A stretch of 64,000 nucleotides of DNA from a virus: the IMG/VR virus record IMGVR_UViG_3300026549_000005, positions 3,003 to 67,002 of that record; one strand, given 5' to 3'. The notes beneath the pieces were generated by a model that was not told where the DNA came from, did not search any database, and saw nothing but the letters and a program-made list of their open reading frames with translations. Below, one piece after another: positions 19,699 through 28,100 of the stretch. Positions within the stretch are counted from its first letter, which is position 1, and every line of letters begins with the position of its first letter. The translations under genes and the position numbers were made by a program.

Positions 19699-20660
19699 TA
19701 ATCATACCACCCGCACACATAAGAATTTAATTCATCTTCAGTCGGTGTATATGGAATTGCAGTAAACGTAACTTTATCACCAACTCTAGAAATAATTCTT
19801 GTAACCATTACAAAAATATTTCTAGGTATAAGCACAAGTTTTGCTCCTGAAGTAATAGCAAGAACTTTTCCGTTATCTTCATGAACCCAATCAACATTAT
19901 CACAAGTTATGGTATACACACCTTCTGATTCTGTTATTGAATCCAAATTTATTTTCTTGTACTGATGCCATCCATTAGCCAAATCCCCATCATCAGTTGT
20001 ATATAAACCATAAACTAAGAATCTAGCCATATTAGGCATATCAGAAACACTGTATTCAAACGTTATTGTATAGCCCTCTTCATCAACACTAGCAATAAAA
20101 ACAGTCGGGGATTCCTGCAAAACACCGTTTACATAACAATCAGCAAACTGATAACCTTCAATTGCAGGAGCATTTATTGTAAATGAACTTCCCACTTCAA
20201 CAGTTTTTTCAATTTCATCTTGAATAGGTAAACCATTAGAAAAATACTGTATTTTAATTATAGCAGGATTAATTGGAGGTGTTGGTGTCGGTGTTTCAGG
20301 TTCGGTCGCAGACATAGTCATTAAAACTTTCTGCCTGCCTTGTGAAACAATAGGGTTTCCACATCTACCACTATATACTTTCAACAAGTTGCCCTGATTA
20401 TCCATTCTTTTACCAACGATAAAATCATTGTTTTGAATATCAACCCAATTTGCACAATGAACCGTTATACTTTGAATAATCGGTTTTGTATCAACACTAT
20501 TTGGGTCGGGATTATCAGTTGAATTGAAAGATAAATGGCAAGGAATGTTAGAATAAACTTCTTGTAATTTTCCACCTGAATCCCGCTTTATATCAATAAA
20601 ATCGGAATCCATAAAATCTGATAAAACATCAGCAATTTGCCCAAAGTTAAATCCACTCAT
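19698..20660 (-). CDS. head-closure-like protein with C-terminal adhesin/Ig-like extension
   Basis: About 120-aa N-domain, PETPTPTPP linker, then IKIQYFSNGLPIQDEIEKTVEVGSSFTINAPAIEGYQF (MucBP-like pattern). Confidence 0.5.
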   Translation of the reverse strand: MSGFNFGQIADVLSDFMDSDFIDIKRDSGGKLQEVYSNIPCHLSFNSTDNPDPNSVDTKPIIQSITVHCANWVDIQNNDFIVGKRMDNQGNLLKVYSGRCGNPIVSQGRQKVLMTMSATEPETPTPTPPINPAIIKIQYFSNGLPIQDEIEKTVEVGSSFTINAPAIEGYQFADCYVNGVLQESPTVFIASVDEEGYTITFEYSVSDMPNMARFLVYGLYTTDDGDLANGWHQYKKINLDSITESEGVYTITCDNVDWVHEDNGKVLAITSGAKLVLIPRNIFVMVTRIISRVGDKVTFTAIPYTPTEDELNSYVCGWYD

Positions 20661-21031
20661 ACTCTGTATAATTTCCTATAACGGTTCAACTCGGTCAATC
20701 TTGTGATTTTATCATTCATCTGCACTTTAAGGCTTTCAACACCGCTGAATGATACAGTTCTACCGTCTTCAGATATGCTTGAAACGTTGCCAACAACTGC
20801 ACCACTTTTATTTAATGCGGTATTTTCTCTGTATAAATCAACAACAATTTGACATAACGTATAGTGTAAAGCAGACGGCAACTGTTTAATGTTACAATAA
20901 TTCAGAATCCCTTGCTCAGCCTGAGCAATGTAGATTTGGAGGATTTCATCAGCGGAATCATCACTGATTCCAAGTAACACCTTTACGGTTTTGAGGTAAT
21001 CAAATTCGTTTTCATCATTGCCGTCTGCCAT
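20657..21031 (-). CDS. gp6-like head-tail connector protein
   Basis: LKTVKVLLGISDDSADEILQIYIAQAEQGILNYCN is typical of the family. Confidence 0.6.
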   Translation of the reverse strand: MADGNDENEFDYLKTVKVLLGISDDSADEILQIYIAQAEQGILNYCNIKQLPSALHYTLCQIVVDLYRENTALNKSGAVVGNVSSISEDGRTVSFSGVESLKVQMNDKITRLTELNRYRKLYRV

Positions 21032-21034
21032 TTT

Positions 21035-21250
21035 TTACACTTCCTTCTTTTTCTTCAGTTTTTCAGCATCGGTTTTCTTAGTTTCAGGTTCTTTATCAGA
21101 ATCTTTAACTTCTTCCTTTGCAGATTCAGCCAAAGTTTCAGTTTCAGCAGGCTTAATTTCTTTTACTTCAACATCAGCACTTGTTTTACCAAGTGCCTTT
21201 GCCTCTGCTTTCATTCTTGCCCGCATTGCATTAAAAGCACTTAAACCCAT
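21035..21250 (-). CDS. small K/E-rich protein
   Basis: 71-aa ORF after the capsid gene. Confidence 0.4.
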   Translation of the reverse strand: MGLSAFNAMRARMKAEAKALGKTSADVEVKEIKPAETETLAESAKEEVKDSDKEPETKKTDAEKLKKKKEV

Positions 21251-21264
21251 ATTTCACCACCTTA

Positions 21265-22233
21265 TTACAGTGTATGTACAAGTTTAACCATACCAATCTT
21301 CTTAATATCAGATACACGATTCCAATTTGTACCAACTGCAAGTTCTGCATCTGAAGGTGTTGGTCCAGTGATAGTTGCACCACCAACCCAAGAAATTCCC
21401 TTTGGATGAAGAACCTTAGCCTGACGGTTAATCAGGTAATCAGTTGAACCAAGTGAATCACGGTCTGTTTCAACCTGAGTAAGGTCAATTGGTGTACCAA
21501 TACCACGCTGAATAGCACCACGAGCAAGAAGATATGTTGTATATTTTGGTTTTTCTCCTTTTGTATCAACGGGTGCTGAATCATCACATACAACACGATA
21601 ACCAAGATAAGTTGGAATTGTAATCTTGCTTTCAGCAACGGGAATAAACTGAATTACATTCTGTTTCTGCAATTCAGTAAATGTTGCAGAGTGCATATAA
21701 ATCATTGAAAGAAGGTCGCTGGCATCACCCATCAACTGCTTAGCATCAAGAACTGCATTTGCTGAAATTGCACTTGCACTTTCAGCGGAAATATCCTTTA
21801 CAAGACCTGACATACTTGCTGAGGCAAATACACCATTAAGGATAGACATGATGTTAGATTTTTCATCACGAACCCACCAATCAGCAACACGGCTTGCAAT
21901 TGCTTTCATCGGGTCGTCACCTGCAAGAGCACCTGCAAGTTCATGAGCACCCCAAGCATTAGCACGAATAAGCAAAGTCGCCAATTCAGATTTGCTTGTG
22001 ATGTTGTTTACTGTGATAGGGTTAGTATCATCAAGAACCTGCGATTTACCACCGAGGTCATTCCACTTTGGCATTGTCAAAATTGTACCACCACCCGTAA
22101 TAAGACGGTTAAGTTCAGGGTTATTTTCAACAACACCCGCATTCATAATTTCACTTTTCTCAGTTGTTTTATCAATAACATACTGAGCAAAGAGTTCAGG
22201 CTGAATTACATCAGAAATTTTAGTTGCACCCAT
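21265..22233 (-). CDS. major capsid protein
   Basis: 322 aa, directly downstream of the scaffold gene with a strong RBS; position-based plus typical N-terminus. Confidence 0.75.
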   Translation of the reverse strand: MGATKISDVIQPELFAQYVIDKTTEKSEIMNAGVVENNPELNRLITGGGTILTMPKWNDLGGKSQVLDDTNPITVNNITSKSELATLLIRANAWGAHELAGALAGDDPMKAIASRVADWWVRDEKSNIMSILNGVFASASMSGLVKDISAESASAISANAVLDAKQLMGDASDLLSMIYMHSATFTELQKQNVIQFIPVAESKITIPTYLGYRVVCDDSAPVDTKGEKPKYTTYLLARGAIQRGIGTPIDLTQVETDRDSLGSTDYLINRQAKVLHPKGISWVGGATITGPTPSDAELAVGTNWNRVSDIKKIGMVKLVHTL

Positions 22234-22261
22234 TTTTTATACTCCTTTAATAAAATGCAAA

Positions 22262-22957
22262 TTACCAAGATGGTGCTTTGCCATTTACTGCCATATACAT
22301 TGCCCTTGCTTTTTCCCTATCCGATTTAATCAATTCACCCTGCTTTGTAAGGTTTCCACTTTCAAACGGGTTTTCATCTTTCTTATCAGATGAAGGCTCT
22401 GTTAAAGGCTTGCTTTGTGGTGTTGCAGGCTTTTCATCATCTTTTTTCATAAAACCAAGCACTTGTTCTAGTGCTGATTCAATCGTTGTATTCTCATCAA
22501 CAAGACCCTTTGCCATGCGGACATATTTGTCTACATCGGTCGAGTTCTTGCCCGTCAATTTGCTCAACGCAAGAATTACTGCATCTTTTTCTGCAAGTTG
22601 ACTTTTCAAAGCACTAACTTCATTAGTAAGGTTTTCAAGAGTTTGTGCCTGCTTTTCTGATTCTGAAAGTGTGTTGTCATAAGCCTCTTTGAACTTTGCC
22701 AACTTATCTTTTTCATCAGGTTTCAGACCAAGCATTGCCAACAATTCCTTTTCCGCCTTGTTTTTGGCTGAATTAAGAATTCCCGCACTATGCTTATCAA
22801 ATTCTTCTTTTGAAGCAAATGTTTTATACGGTGCATGATTTGGATTTTCCGCACTGCCATTTCCACCATTGTTTACAGTTTCAGGTGTTTCAACTTTTGT
22901 TTCCACCGTGTTTTTAGTTTCAGGTGTTTCAACTTCCTGATTAGGTTCAGTTCCCAT
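22262..22957 (-). CDS. capsid scaffolding protein
   Basis: 231 aa, helical and K/E-rich, immediately upstream of the capsid gene. Confidence 0.65.
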   Translation of the reverse strand: MGTEPNQEVETPETKNTVETKVETPETVNNGGNGSAENPNHAPYKTFASKEEFDKHSAGILNSAKNKAEKELLAMLGLKPDEKDKLAKFKEAYDNTLSESEKQAQTLENLTNEVSALKSQLAEKDAVILALSKLTGKNSTDVDKYVRMAKGLVDENTTIESALEQVLGFMKKDDEKPATPQSKPLTEPSSDKKDENPFESGNLTKQGELIKSDREKARAMYMAVNGKAPSW

Positions 22958-22990
22958 AGTTTTACCCCTTTAGAGTTTGATATAAATAAA

Positions 22991-23022
22991 AAAGGTCAAC
23001 GGCTATAAACCATTGACCTTTT
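22991..23022 (-). terminator. rho-independent terminator
   Basis: Stem aaaggtcaa/ttgaccttt followed on the minus strand by TTTATTTAT. Confidence 0.6.
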
Positions 23023-23033
23023 AGATTCCAAGT

Positions 23034-23219
23034 TTATTTTATTTCATCATTTTTTATTACAGTGCCTTGCCGTATCTCAACTTGAAAAGATGTTTTACAA
23101 TGCCTGCAATATATCTCATTTATCACCACTGATTTATCAGTAAGTTTTAATAATGGCTTATTGCACTTCTTACATCTAAACCAATTAATATTATCATTCA
23201 TAAATACATAATATAACAT
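23034..23219 (-). CDS. Com-like zinc-finger protein
   Basis: FRCKKCNKPLLKL...EIYCRHCK resembles the phage Mu Com CxxC..CxxC finger; start uncertain (ATG 23219 or 23201). Confidence 0.5.
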   Translation of the reverse strand: MLYYVFMNDNINWFRCKKCNKPLLKLTDKSVVINEIYCRHCKTSFQVEIRQGTVIKNDEIK

Positions 23220-23241
23220 AAATAAATAAATTGTAAAGTAT

Positions 23242-25134
23242 TTATTTTACAACTGTATTTATCCATTGTGCATAACTCATACTGGCAGGCACTTCATACC
23301 ATTCACCAGCCCCATCTTCCCTTGCTATTCTTTCAGATTCTTCAAACATTTCATCAATTTCATCAGGTTCAAAATATGGAATTGTGGTACATCTGCAATT
23401 ACTTGACAAATACCCATTGACGATGTATAAAGTAGATGAGGAGGAAACATCGTAAATATGCCCGCTAAAATCACTACACTCAATGTTGACAACATCATCG
23501 AATTGTATAATTCGGGAAAAAGCGTCAATGAACTTTCCAAAATCTTTAATGTCGCAAGAACCGTCATTTACAACAGACTTAAAAAGTCGGGAGTTGTAAT
23601 TAGAACGCAAAAGGAAGCGAATCAACTCATGATGAGTAAAAGAACCAGAGAAGAAAACATTAAGAACACTATCAACGCTCATAATGCCGTCAAAGGCAAG
23701 TGCTACACACGTAAGGAACTCTGCTATCGTGCTATTTCTAGGGAAAAATCTTTTAAGCGTTTTGTCAGTTTTTACGAATCTGAAATTGCTAAAGAACTTT
23801 CTAAAAGAGGGATTGATTATATTCCGCAAAAAGCCGTTGATATTTACAATGTCGATTTTTGCGTTTTCGGCAACATCGCCTTTGAGGTCTTTGGCGGAGG
23901 CTGGCATACTTCGGGAAAACATAAAGCCAAATTTTTTGAAAGAAGCAAAAAGATTTTCGATAGTGGGTACACCATTGTTATATGCTGGATTACTAACAAC
24001 ACCTATTTCGTTCCAACCGCAATAGCGGATTACCTTGTCACCCTTAACGATATTCTTTGCTCTGACCCAACCTCTAGATGTAAGCATTATGTGATTCGGG
24101 GTGACGGTAAAACTTCCACCATTGGAAGTAAAAACCTTGAATATTTTTCCTGAATATTCAGATTTCATTATTTTTTCTGCGTCTGGTGATAAAACAATGT
24201 TATCACCAGTAACGCAATTAGGGTGCATTGGCGGGTAATTTACACCCGTCACTGCCGTTTTTCTTGAATAATACTTTCCATCCCAATATCCACATTTTGA
24301 ACAAGTATGAGCATCAAGTGTTGCAACAAACTGTATTTCATCAATACCATGTTCTTTGTAACTTTCCATTGTTGCAGACTCTGTTATATGAGCGGATTCC
24401 GTTATGCATAATCTTTCAGCGTTATAAAATGAAGTTCCGTAATTCTTTGCAATTTCACGAGCAATGACTACAGAGTTCTGCCCTCTCGCTATTCCTTGCA
24501 GGAAAGTGTTGCTTATGTTATCAAGCAGTTTATTTTTATCTTTCCAAATACGGTCTGAATAGTTTTCACCCAACCATCTTTCATTTACAAGATATTCAAC
24601 TTTATTTGCAGGAATAGCACTATAACCCGCACTGAATCCAAGTGTTTTATCAATATCAAAACTTGTGTAAGAATGTATATTTTCACATAATTTGGATAAT
24701 TCATCATTAAACTTTATTTCCTGCCTGAATCCCAAATCAATTAGATTGTATCTGAGTGAATTCTTTAATCCTTCCAACCTTGACATATAGGCTCTTGCTG
24801 ACTGTAACCTTAATTCTTCTTTGTATTTACGCAACAGTTCAACATTGATTTTTCCCTGATTATCTTTAGCAAGTTTATTCACAAGATTGTAATAATTGGC
24901 AATTTCAATTTTGGCTGATTTCAATTCATCAGGATTTAATCTTTTCTGTACATCAGCGATTGAAAGACCATTCATTCCCGCATATCTGCCATAAAAAGCA
25001 TCAATTTCTTTCTGAATGTTTTTAAGTGAGATTTCATATAATCTTTTACATTCGCTTTTAAGAATTGCAATGGATTTATCACCCATTCTTTCCTTTATCT
25101 TGCCACGGTCTTTCCAATAAATTTCGCTATCCAT
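23242..25134 (-). CDS. minor head protein (SPP1 gp7 / Mu F-like) interrupted by an intein
   Basis: Family motif PPxHPNCRCT is split as PPMHPN|C...SSN|CRCTTIPY; position between the portal region and the scaffold gene. Confidence 0.85.
   Translation of the reverse strand: MDSEIYWKDRGKIKERMGDKSIAILKSECKRLYEISLKNIQKEIDAFYGRYAGMNGLSIADVQKRLNPDELKSAKIEIANYYNLVNKLAKDNQGKINVELLRKYKEELRLQSARAYMSRLEGLKNSLRYNLIDLGFRQEIKFNDELSKLCENIHSYTSFDIDKTLGFSAGYSAIPANKVEYLVNERWLGENYSDRIWKDKNKLLDNISNTFLQGIARGQNSVVIAREIAKNYGTSFYNAERLCITESAHITESATMESYKEHGIDEIQFVATLDAHTCSKCGYWDGKYYSRKTAVTGVNYPPMHPNCVTGDNIVLSPDAEKIMKSEYSGKIFKVFTSNGGSFTVTPNHIMLTSRGWVRAKNIVKGDKVIRYCGWNEIGVVSNPAYNNGVPTIENLFASFKKFGFMFSRSMPASAKDLKGDVAENAKIDIVNINGFLRNIINPSFRKFFSNFRFVKTDKTLKRFFPRNSTIAEFLTCVALAFDGIMSVDSVLNVFFSGSFTHHELIRFLLRSNYNSRLFKSVVNDGSCDIKDFGKFIDAFSRIIQFDDVVNIECSDFSGHIYDVSSSSTLYIVNGYLSSNCRCTTIPYFEPDEIDEMFEESERIAREDGAGEWYEVPASMSYAQWINTVVK
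23398..24216 (-). mobile_element. intein (273 aa) in the minor head protein
   Basis: Starts CVTGDNIV (block A), has TVTPNH (block B), ends GHIYDV...YIVNGYLSSN followed by Cys +1; boundaries checked codon by codon. Confidence 0.8.
23458..24153 (+). CDS. Vsr/DUF559-like (PD-(D/E)xK) homing endonuclease with N-terminal HTH, antisense inside the intein
   Basis: HTH SVNELSKIFNVARTVIYNRLKKSG; nuclease core ESEIAKEL..IYNVDF..NIAFEVFGGGWH; GAGGAGGA 12 nt upstream of the ATG; no TTA/CTA/TCA codons. Confidence 0.7.
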   Translation: MPAKITTLNVDNIIELYNSGKSVNELSKIFNVARTVIYNRLKKSGVVIRTQKEANQLMMSKRTREENIKNTINAHNAVKGKCYTRKELCYRAISREKSFKRFVSFYESEIAKELSKRGIDYIPQKAVDIYNVDFCVFGNIAFEVFGGGWHTSGKHKAKFFERSKKIFDSGYTIVICWITNNTYFVPTAIADYLVTLNDILCSDPTSRCKHYVIRGDGKTSTIGSKNLEYFS

Positions 25135-25166
25135 AATTCAATAATAACACCGTTTTAAAATAAAAA

Positions 25167-25195
25167 AAAGACTCAGTTTTTAATGCCGAGTCTTT
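25167..25195 (-). terminator. rho-independent terminator
   Basis: Stem aaagactc/gagtcttt followed on the minus strand by TTTTTTATTTT. Confidence 0.65.
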
Positions 25196-25216
25196 ATTAA
25201 TTTCAATTACATCAGG

Positions 25217-25558
25217 TTATTTATTCTTGTTTGCAACCGCTGATATAATCAAACCTGCGATAATTGCAACAAAACCAAATACACTTGAAATGATTGTTGC
25301 AACCATTGATTCAGCAATAACACCACCAAATCCAGCGATAAAAGCACCAACACCCACAAGCACAAGTGATAGAACCGCCATCCAAGTTTTAGCAGTTTTA
25401 TCCCGCTTATCCCAAAGATTAGAACAAACAAGTCCTGCACCAAACATTGTTGAGGCAAATCCCAACAAATCAGAAAGTTCCCATTTAGTGAAGTAAGAAA
25501 TTACAACACCAACCACGATAAAAAGAATTCCAATTACTGTAAGCCAATTCTTTTTCAT
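25217..25558 (-). CDS. small four-TM membrane protein (moron-like, in the head module)
   Basis: 113 aa, four hydrophobic segments, AAGGAGG RBS, own downstream terminator. Confidence 0.6.
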   Translation of the reverse strand: MKKNWLTVIGILFIVVGVVISYFTKWELSDLLGFASTMFGAGLVCSNLWDKRDKTAKTWMAVLSLVLVGVGAFIAGFGGVIAESMVATIISSVFGFVAIIAGLIISAVANKNK

Positions 25559-25616
25559 TGTTTTAATCCTCCTTATTTCTTACCTGCTTTTTTCTTGTTA
25601 GCAGGTTTTTTACTTG

Positions 25617-25650
25617 TGTAACAACCTACAACAGTCACTCGGTTTTATCA
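25617..25650. repeat. 34-nt direct repeat, copy 1 (copy of the portal 3' end)
   Basis: tgtaacaacctacaacagtcactcggttttatca; 31/34 identical to 26355..26388. Confidence 0.8.
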
Positions 25651-25652
25651 TC

Positions 25653-26339
25653 CTATTTGCTAATCCAACTTGAACTTCTTGTTGTTTTTCGTGTATATGT
25701 TTTTCCATTGTATGTAAAAGATAGCGATTTATTATCTATTGCTTCTTTTATTGCAGATGTCAAATCTCTTGATTCTTTTGATTTATTATTAGCATCACTT
25801 TTTTGTTTTGCTTTAATAATTAAATCAGATTTCATTCCACGAATTTTTGAAACTTTTTCTTGTGCTTTTTCAGAGCCAGAGACACGTTTTGCAACACCTG
25901 CAACAGTCTGTGAGATATTAGATGCCTGTGCTTTAAGTGCCTGTGTATTTAAGTCTTTCAAATCTTTTATATATTGAGATTTTTCTGATGAAGATATATT
26001 TAGGGAATTTATCTGACTGATTTCTCTTTCAAATTCTCTTTTTATCGCATCTCCTGCTTCATACATATAACTTGTATTATTTGCTTTTCTTATTAACTCT
26101 GTATCAAGTCCATATTCCTTCATTCTCGCTTGAATCTGTTTCACTGCTTCATTGATGACAGGAATATCTTTGTTAGTAATTTCAATACTCGCATTATTGG
26201 ATATTGTCTTTAAGAGATTTTTTGCTTCTGTAACATTTGTAGCATTATGAAAAAGAGAACTGTTTCCTCCACCAATACTTCCGCCAACACCAATTGATGA
26301 ACCCGTTTTCTGCAATGGACTTGTTCTACTTTTACCCAC
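25653..26339 (-). CDS. hypothetical protein flanked by direct repeats
   Basis: 228 aa, GTG start 6 nt after GGAGG; K/S-rich helical composition. Confidence 0.6.
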   Translation of the reverse strand: MGKSRTSPLQKTGSSIGVGGSIGGGNSSLFHNATNVTEAKNLLKTISNNASIEITNKDIPVINEAVKQIQARMKEYGLDTELIRKANNTSYMYEAGDAIKREFEREISQINSLNISSSEKSQYIKDLKDLNTQALKAQASNISQTVAGVAKRVSGSEKAQEKVSKIRGMKSDLIIKAKQKSDANNKSKESRDLTSAIKEAIDNKSLSFTYNGKTYTRKTTRSSSWISK

Positions 26340-26354
26340 GATTTACCTCCATTA

Positions 26355-26388
26355 TGTAACAGCCTACAACGGTCACTCGGTTTTGTCA
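26355..26388. repeat. 34-nt direct repeat, copy 2 (overlaps the portal stop codon)
   Basis: tgtaacagcctacaacggtcactcggttttgtca. Confidence 0.8.
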
Positions 26389-27920
26389 ACCTTTTCCTGC
26401 TCACCCTTTTCTTCAGGTTCTTCAGGCTCGAATTCACCGCCATTTTCAATGTTTGTTCTTTCAGCAAAATTGAACAATTCATTCTGCTGATTTTCTTTCT
26501 GCTCTTCCTTGATTCTTTCTTCTTCCATATCCACATCTTGAACAACGGGATTAAACTCAAGCAGGGTTCTTTTTGAAACACCCGTTTGTCCGAGTTTTAC
26601 TGTATCTTCAATTTGTGCTGATTGATTAATCATCATAGAGCGGTCAAGTTCAACACGCACATTATATAATTGTGCCTCTGCAAAACTACCCTTGTGTGAA
26701 AATTCATACCACTTATCAAAGAAGTATTTCAAATCATCAATAAAATCCTGAAAGTGCCTTTCCAATCCATCCATGTAAGTATCAAGATTCTGATAAAGTG
26801 ATTTAATAACCAACTGATTAGGATTACCACCAAATCTTGAATCTTCATAATCGATTCCATAACCAAATTTAATTATATCCCGCCTTAAACTTTCCATTTT
26901 CTGCAAGTGTGCCTGAATTGCAGTTTGTGCCTGAATATAGTGTGCATCACCATCAGTATCAAGCGACACTGTACGGGTCATTTTTGCAAGTTCCCTTGCC
27001 TCAAGCAAATCCCTAACATCAGGTGAAACACCCTTAATAATCAGCAGAGGGTCGAGGTCGTCAACCAAGCCATCAACTGATTTACTGCTTAATTCATCAT
27101 AAGCATCAATTTCAGGCTTAATGAATGAAAGCAGGGTCTTTTCATCATCCGTACCCTTAAAACAGATAAAAGGTATTTTATCCCAACTTAATTTTTCATC
27201 ACCCTGAGTTAAATGGGAATGCACAAAATTACCTTCTTCATCTTTTGTTACCGCCTCTTCAGTGTAACTATTGGAAACATTAAAAAGAATTCTTTCTTTA
27301 TCATCCCAATATTCTGCATATTCTTTAGTTGTTGGATTTATTGATTCGTAAACATTTACAAAATAGTGATAAACCAATTTATTCAAATCAGTGTGCCGTC
27401 TATCTTTCCATTCAGGATAAATATATTGTGCAGGAACTTCAGTTAGTTTTAATTTGCCATCTTCATCAATCCAAACATAGCACCAAGTTAAACCGTGATT
27501 TACTGCCTGCCCTGCAATGTTTCTTGACATTTTAAATAAAATATCATCACAAAATGCTTTCCATTCCTTGCCATATCCATCTTCTTTAAGGTCAACTTCC
27601 TGCTCTTTATCGGTTGAAAGTTTGATAATAAATGATTTTGCAAATCCATAATCCTGCTTTTGTTCAACAAGCATTCTTAAAAAGTTAGATGCAATCTTAG
27701 CATTATAAGCATTCGGATTATCAATAGCCTTTCTGTCTTTATCATAATAAACACGGCTTTTCTTGTTTATCTCTTCATTTTCCGTTTCAAAATATTTATC
27801 AGCCTCATTCATTTGGGCAATCTTAGGGTTTCCCTTGTTTTTTGAAACAATGATTTGTGTTATTTCTTTAGGGGATAAAGTTTTTGAAAACACCACATTT
27901 TCAATCTTCTGCTCTTCCAT
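26373..27920 (-). CDS. portal protein
   Basis: 515 aa, downstream of the terminase genes, acidic C-terminal tail; SPP1 gp6-like size and position. Confidence 0.8.
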   Translation of the reverse strand: MEEQKIENVVFSKTLSPKEITQIIVSKNKGNPKIAQMNEADKYFETENEEINKKSRVYYDKDRKAIDNPNAYNAKIASNFLRMLVEQKQDYGFAKSFIIKLSTDKEQEVDLKEDGYGKEWKAFCDDILFKMSRNIAGQAVNHGLTWCYVWIDEDGKLKLTEVPAQYIYPEWKDRRHTDLNKLVYHYFVNVYESINPTTKEYAEYWDDKERILFNVSNSYTEEAVTKDEEGNFVHSHLTQGDEKLSWDKIPFICFKGTDDEKTLLSFIKPEIDAYDELSSKSVDGLVDDLDPLLIIKGVSPDVRDLLEARELAKMTRTVSLDTDGDAHYIQAQTAIQAHLQKMESLRRDIIKFGYGIDYEDSRFGGNPNQLVIKSLYQNLDTYMDGLERHFQDFIDDLKYFFDKWYEFSHKGSFAEAQLYNVRVELDRSMMINQSAQIEDTVKLGQTGVSKRTLLEFNPVVQDVDMEEERIKEEQKENQQNELFNFAERTNIENGGEFEPEEPEEKGEQEKVDKTE

Positions 27921-28065
27921 CTTCAGCTCCTTTATTTATTTTATTTGCAATTTCCTGCAATTGTTCATCAGTTAATTTTTCGTTTTTATCTGCATCAAGA
28001 ATGAAAGTATCATTATCTTTATAAATAACAATATTTCCATTTTTTGTTCTTGTTATCCTTTCCAT
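27901..28065 (-). CDS. small hypothetical protein (54 aa, not in the ORF track)
   Basis: ATG 28065 after GGGG; translated by hand as MERITRTKNGNIVIYKD...; overlaps the portal start by 20 nt. Confidence 0.35.
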   Translation of the reverse strand: MERITRTKNGNIVIYKDNDTFILDADKNEKLTDEQLQEIANKINKGAEDGRAED

Positions 28066-28100
28066 ATCTAACCCCATTATATATAAATGATTTAATTTTA

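Noticed and set aside
21018-22601. Plus-strand S/F-rich ORFs (21018..21287 and 22278..22601) opposite the K/E-rich small protein and the scaffold gene
   Set aside because: Antisense translation of K/E-rich coding DNA gives S/F/L-rich open frames. There are no start signals.
23034-23219. Com-like zinc finger as a sign of a Mom-type DNA modification operon
   Set aside because: No Mom-like gene is adjacent. The neighbours are the scaffold and minor-head genes, so only the zinc-finger family resemblance is reported.
25582-25606. Hairpin acctgc/gcaggt with a T-run, upstream of the 25558 membrane-protein gene
   Set aside because: The T-run is on the plus strand, so it is oriented as a terminator for rightward (antisense) transcription and not for the leftward operon. 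It was not called as an operon terminator. It might instead be a leader structure.
26210-26581. 123-aa minus ORF spanning the portal 3' end and the next gene start
   Set aside because: It is an out-of-frame overlap of two well-supported genes, with K/R-rich artefactual composition.
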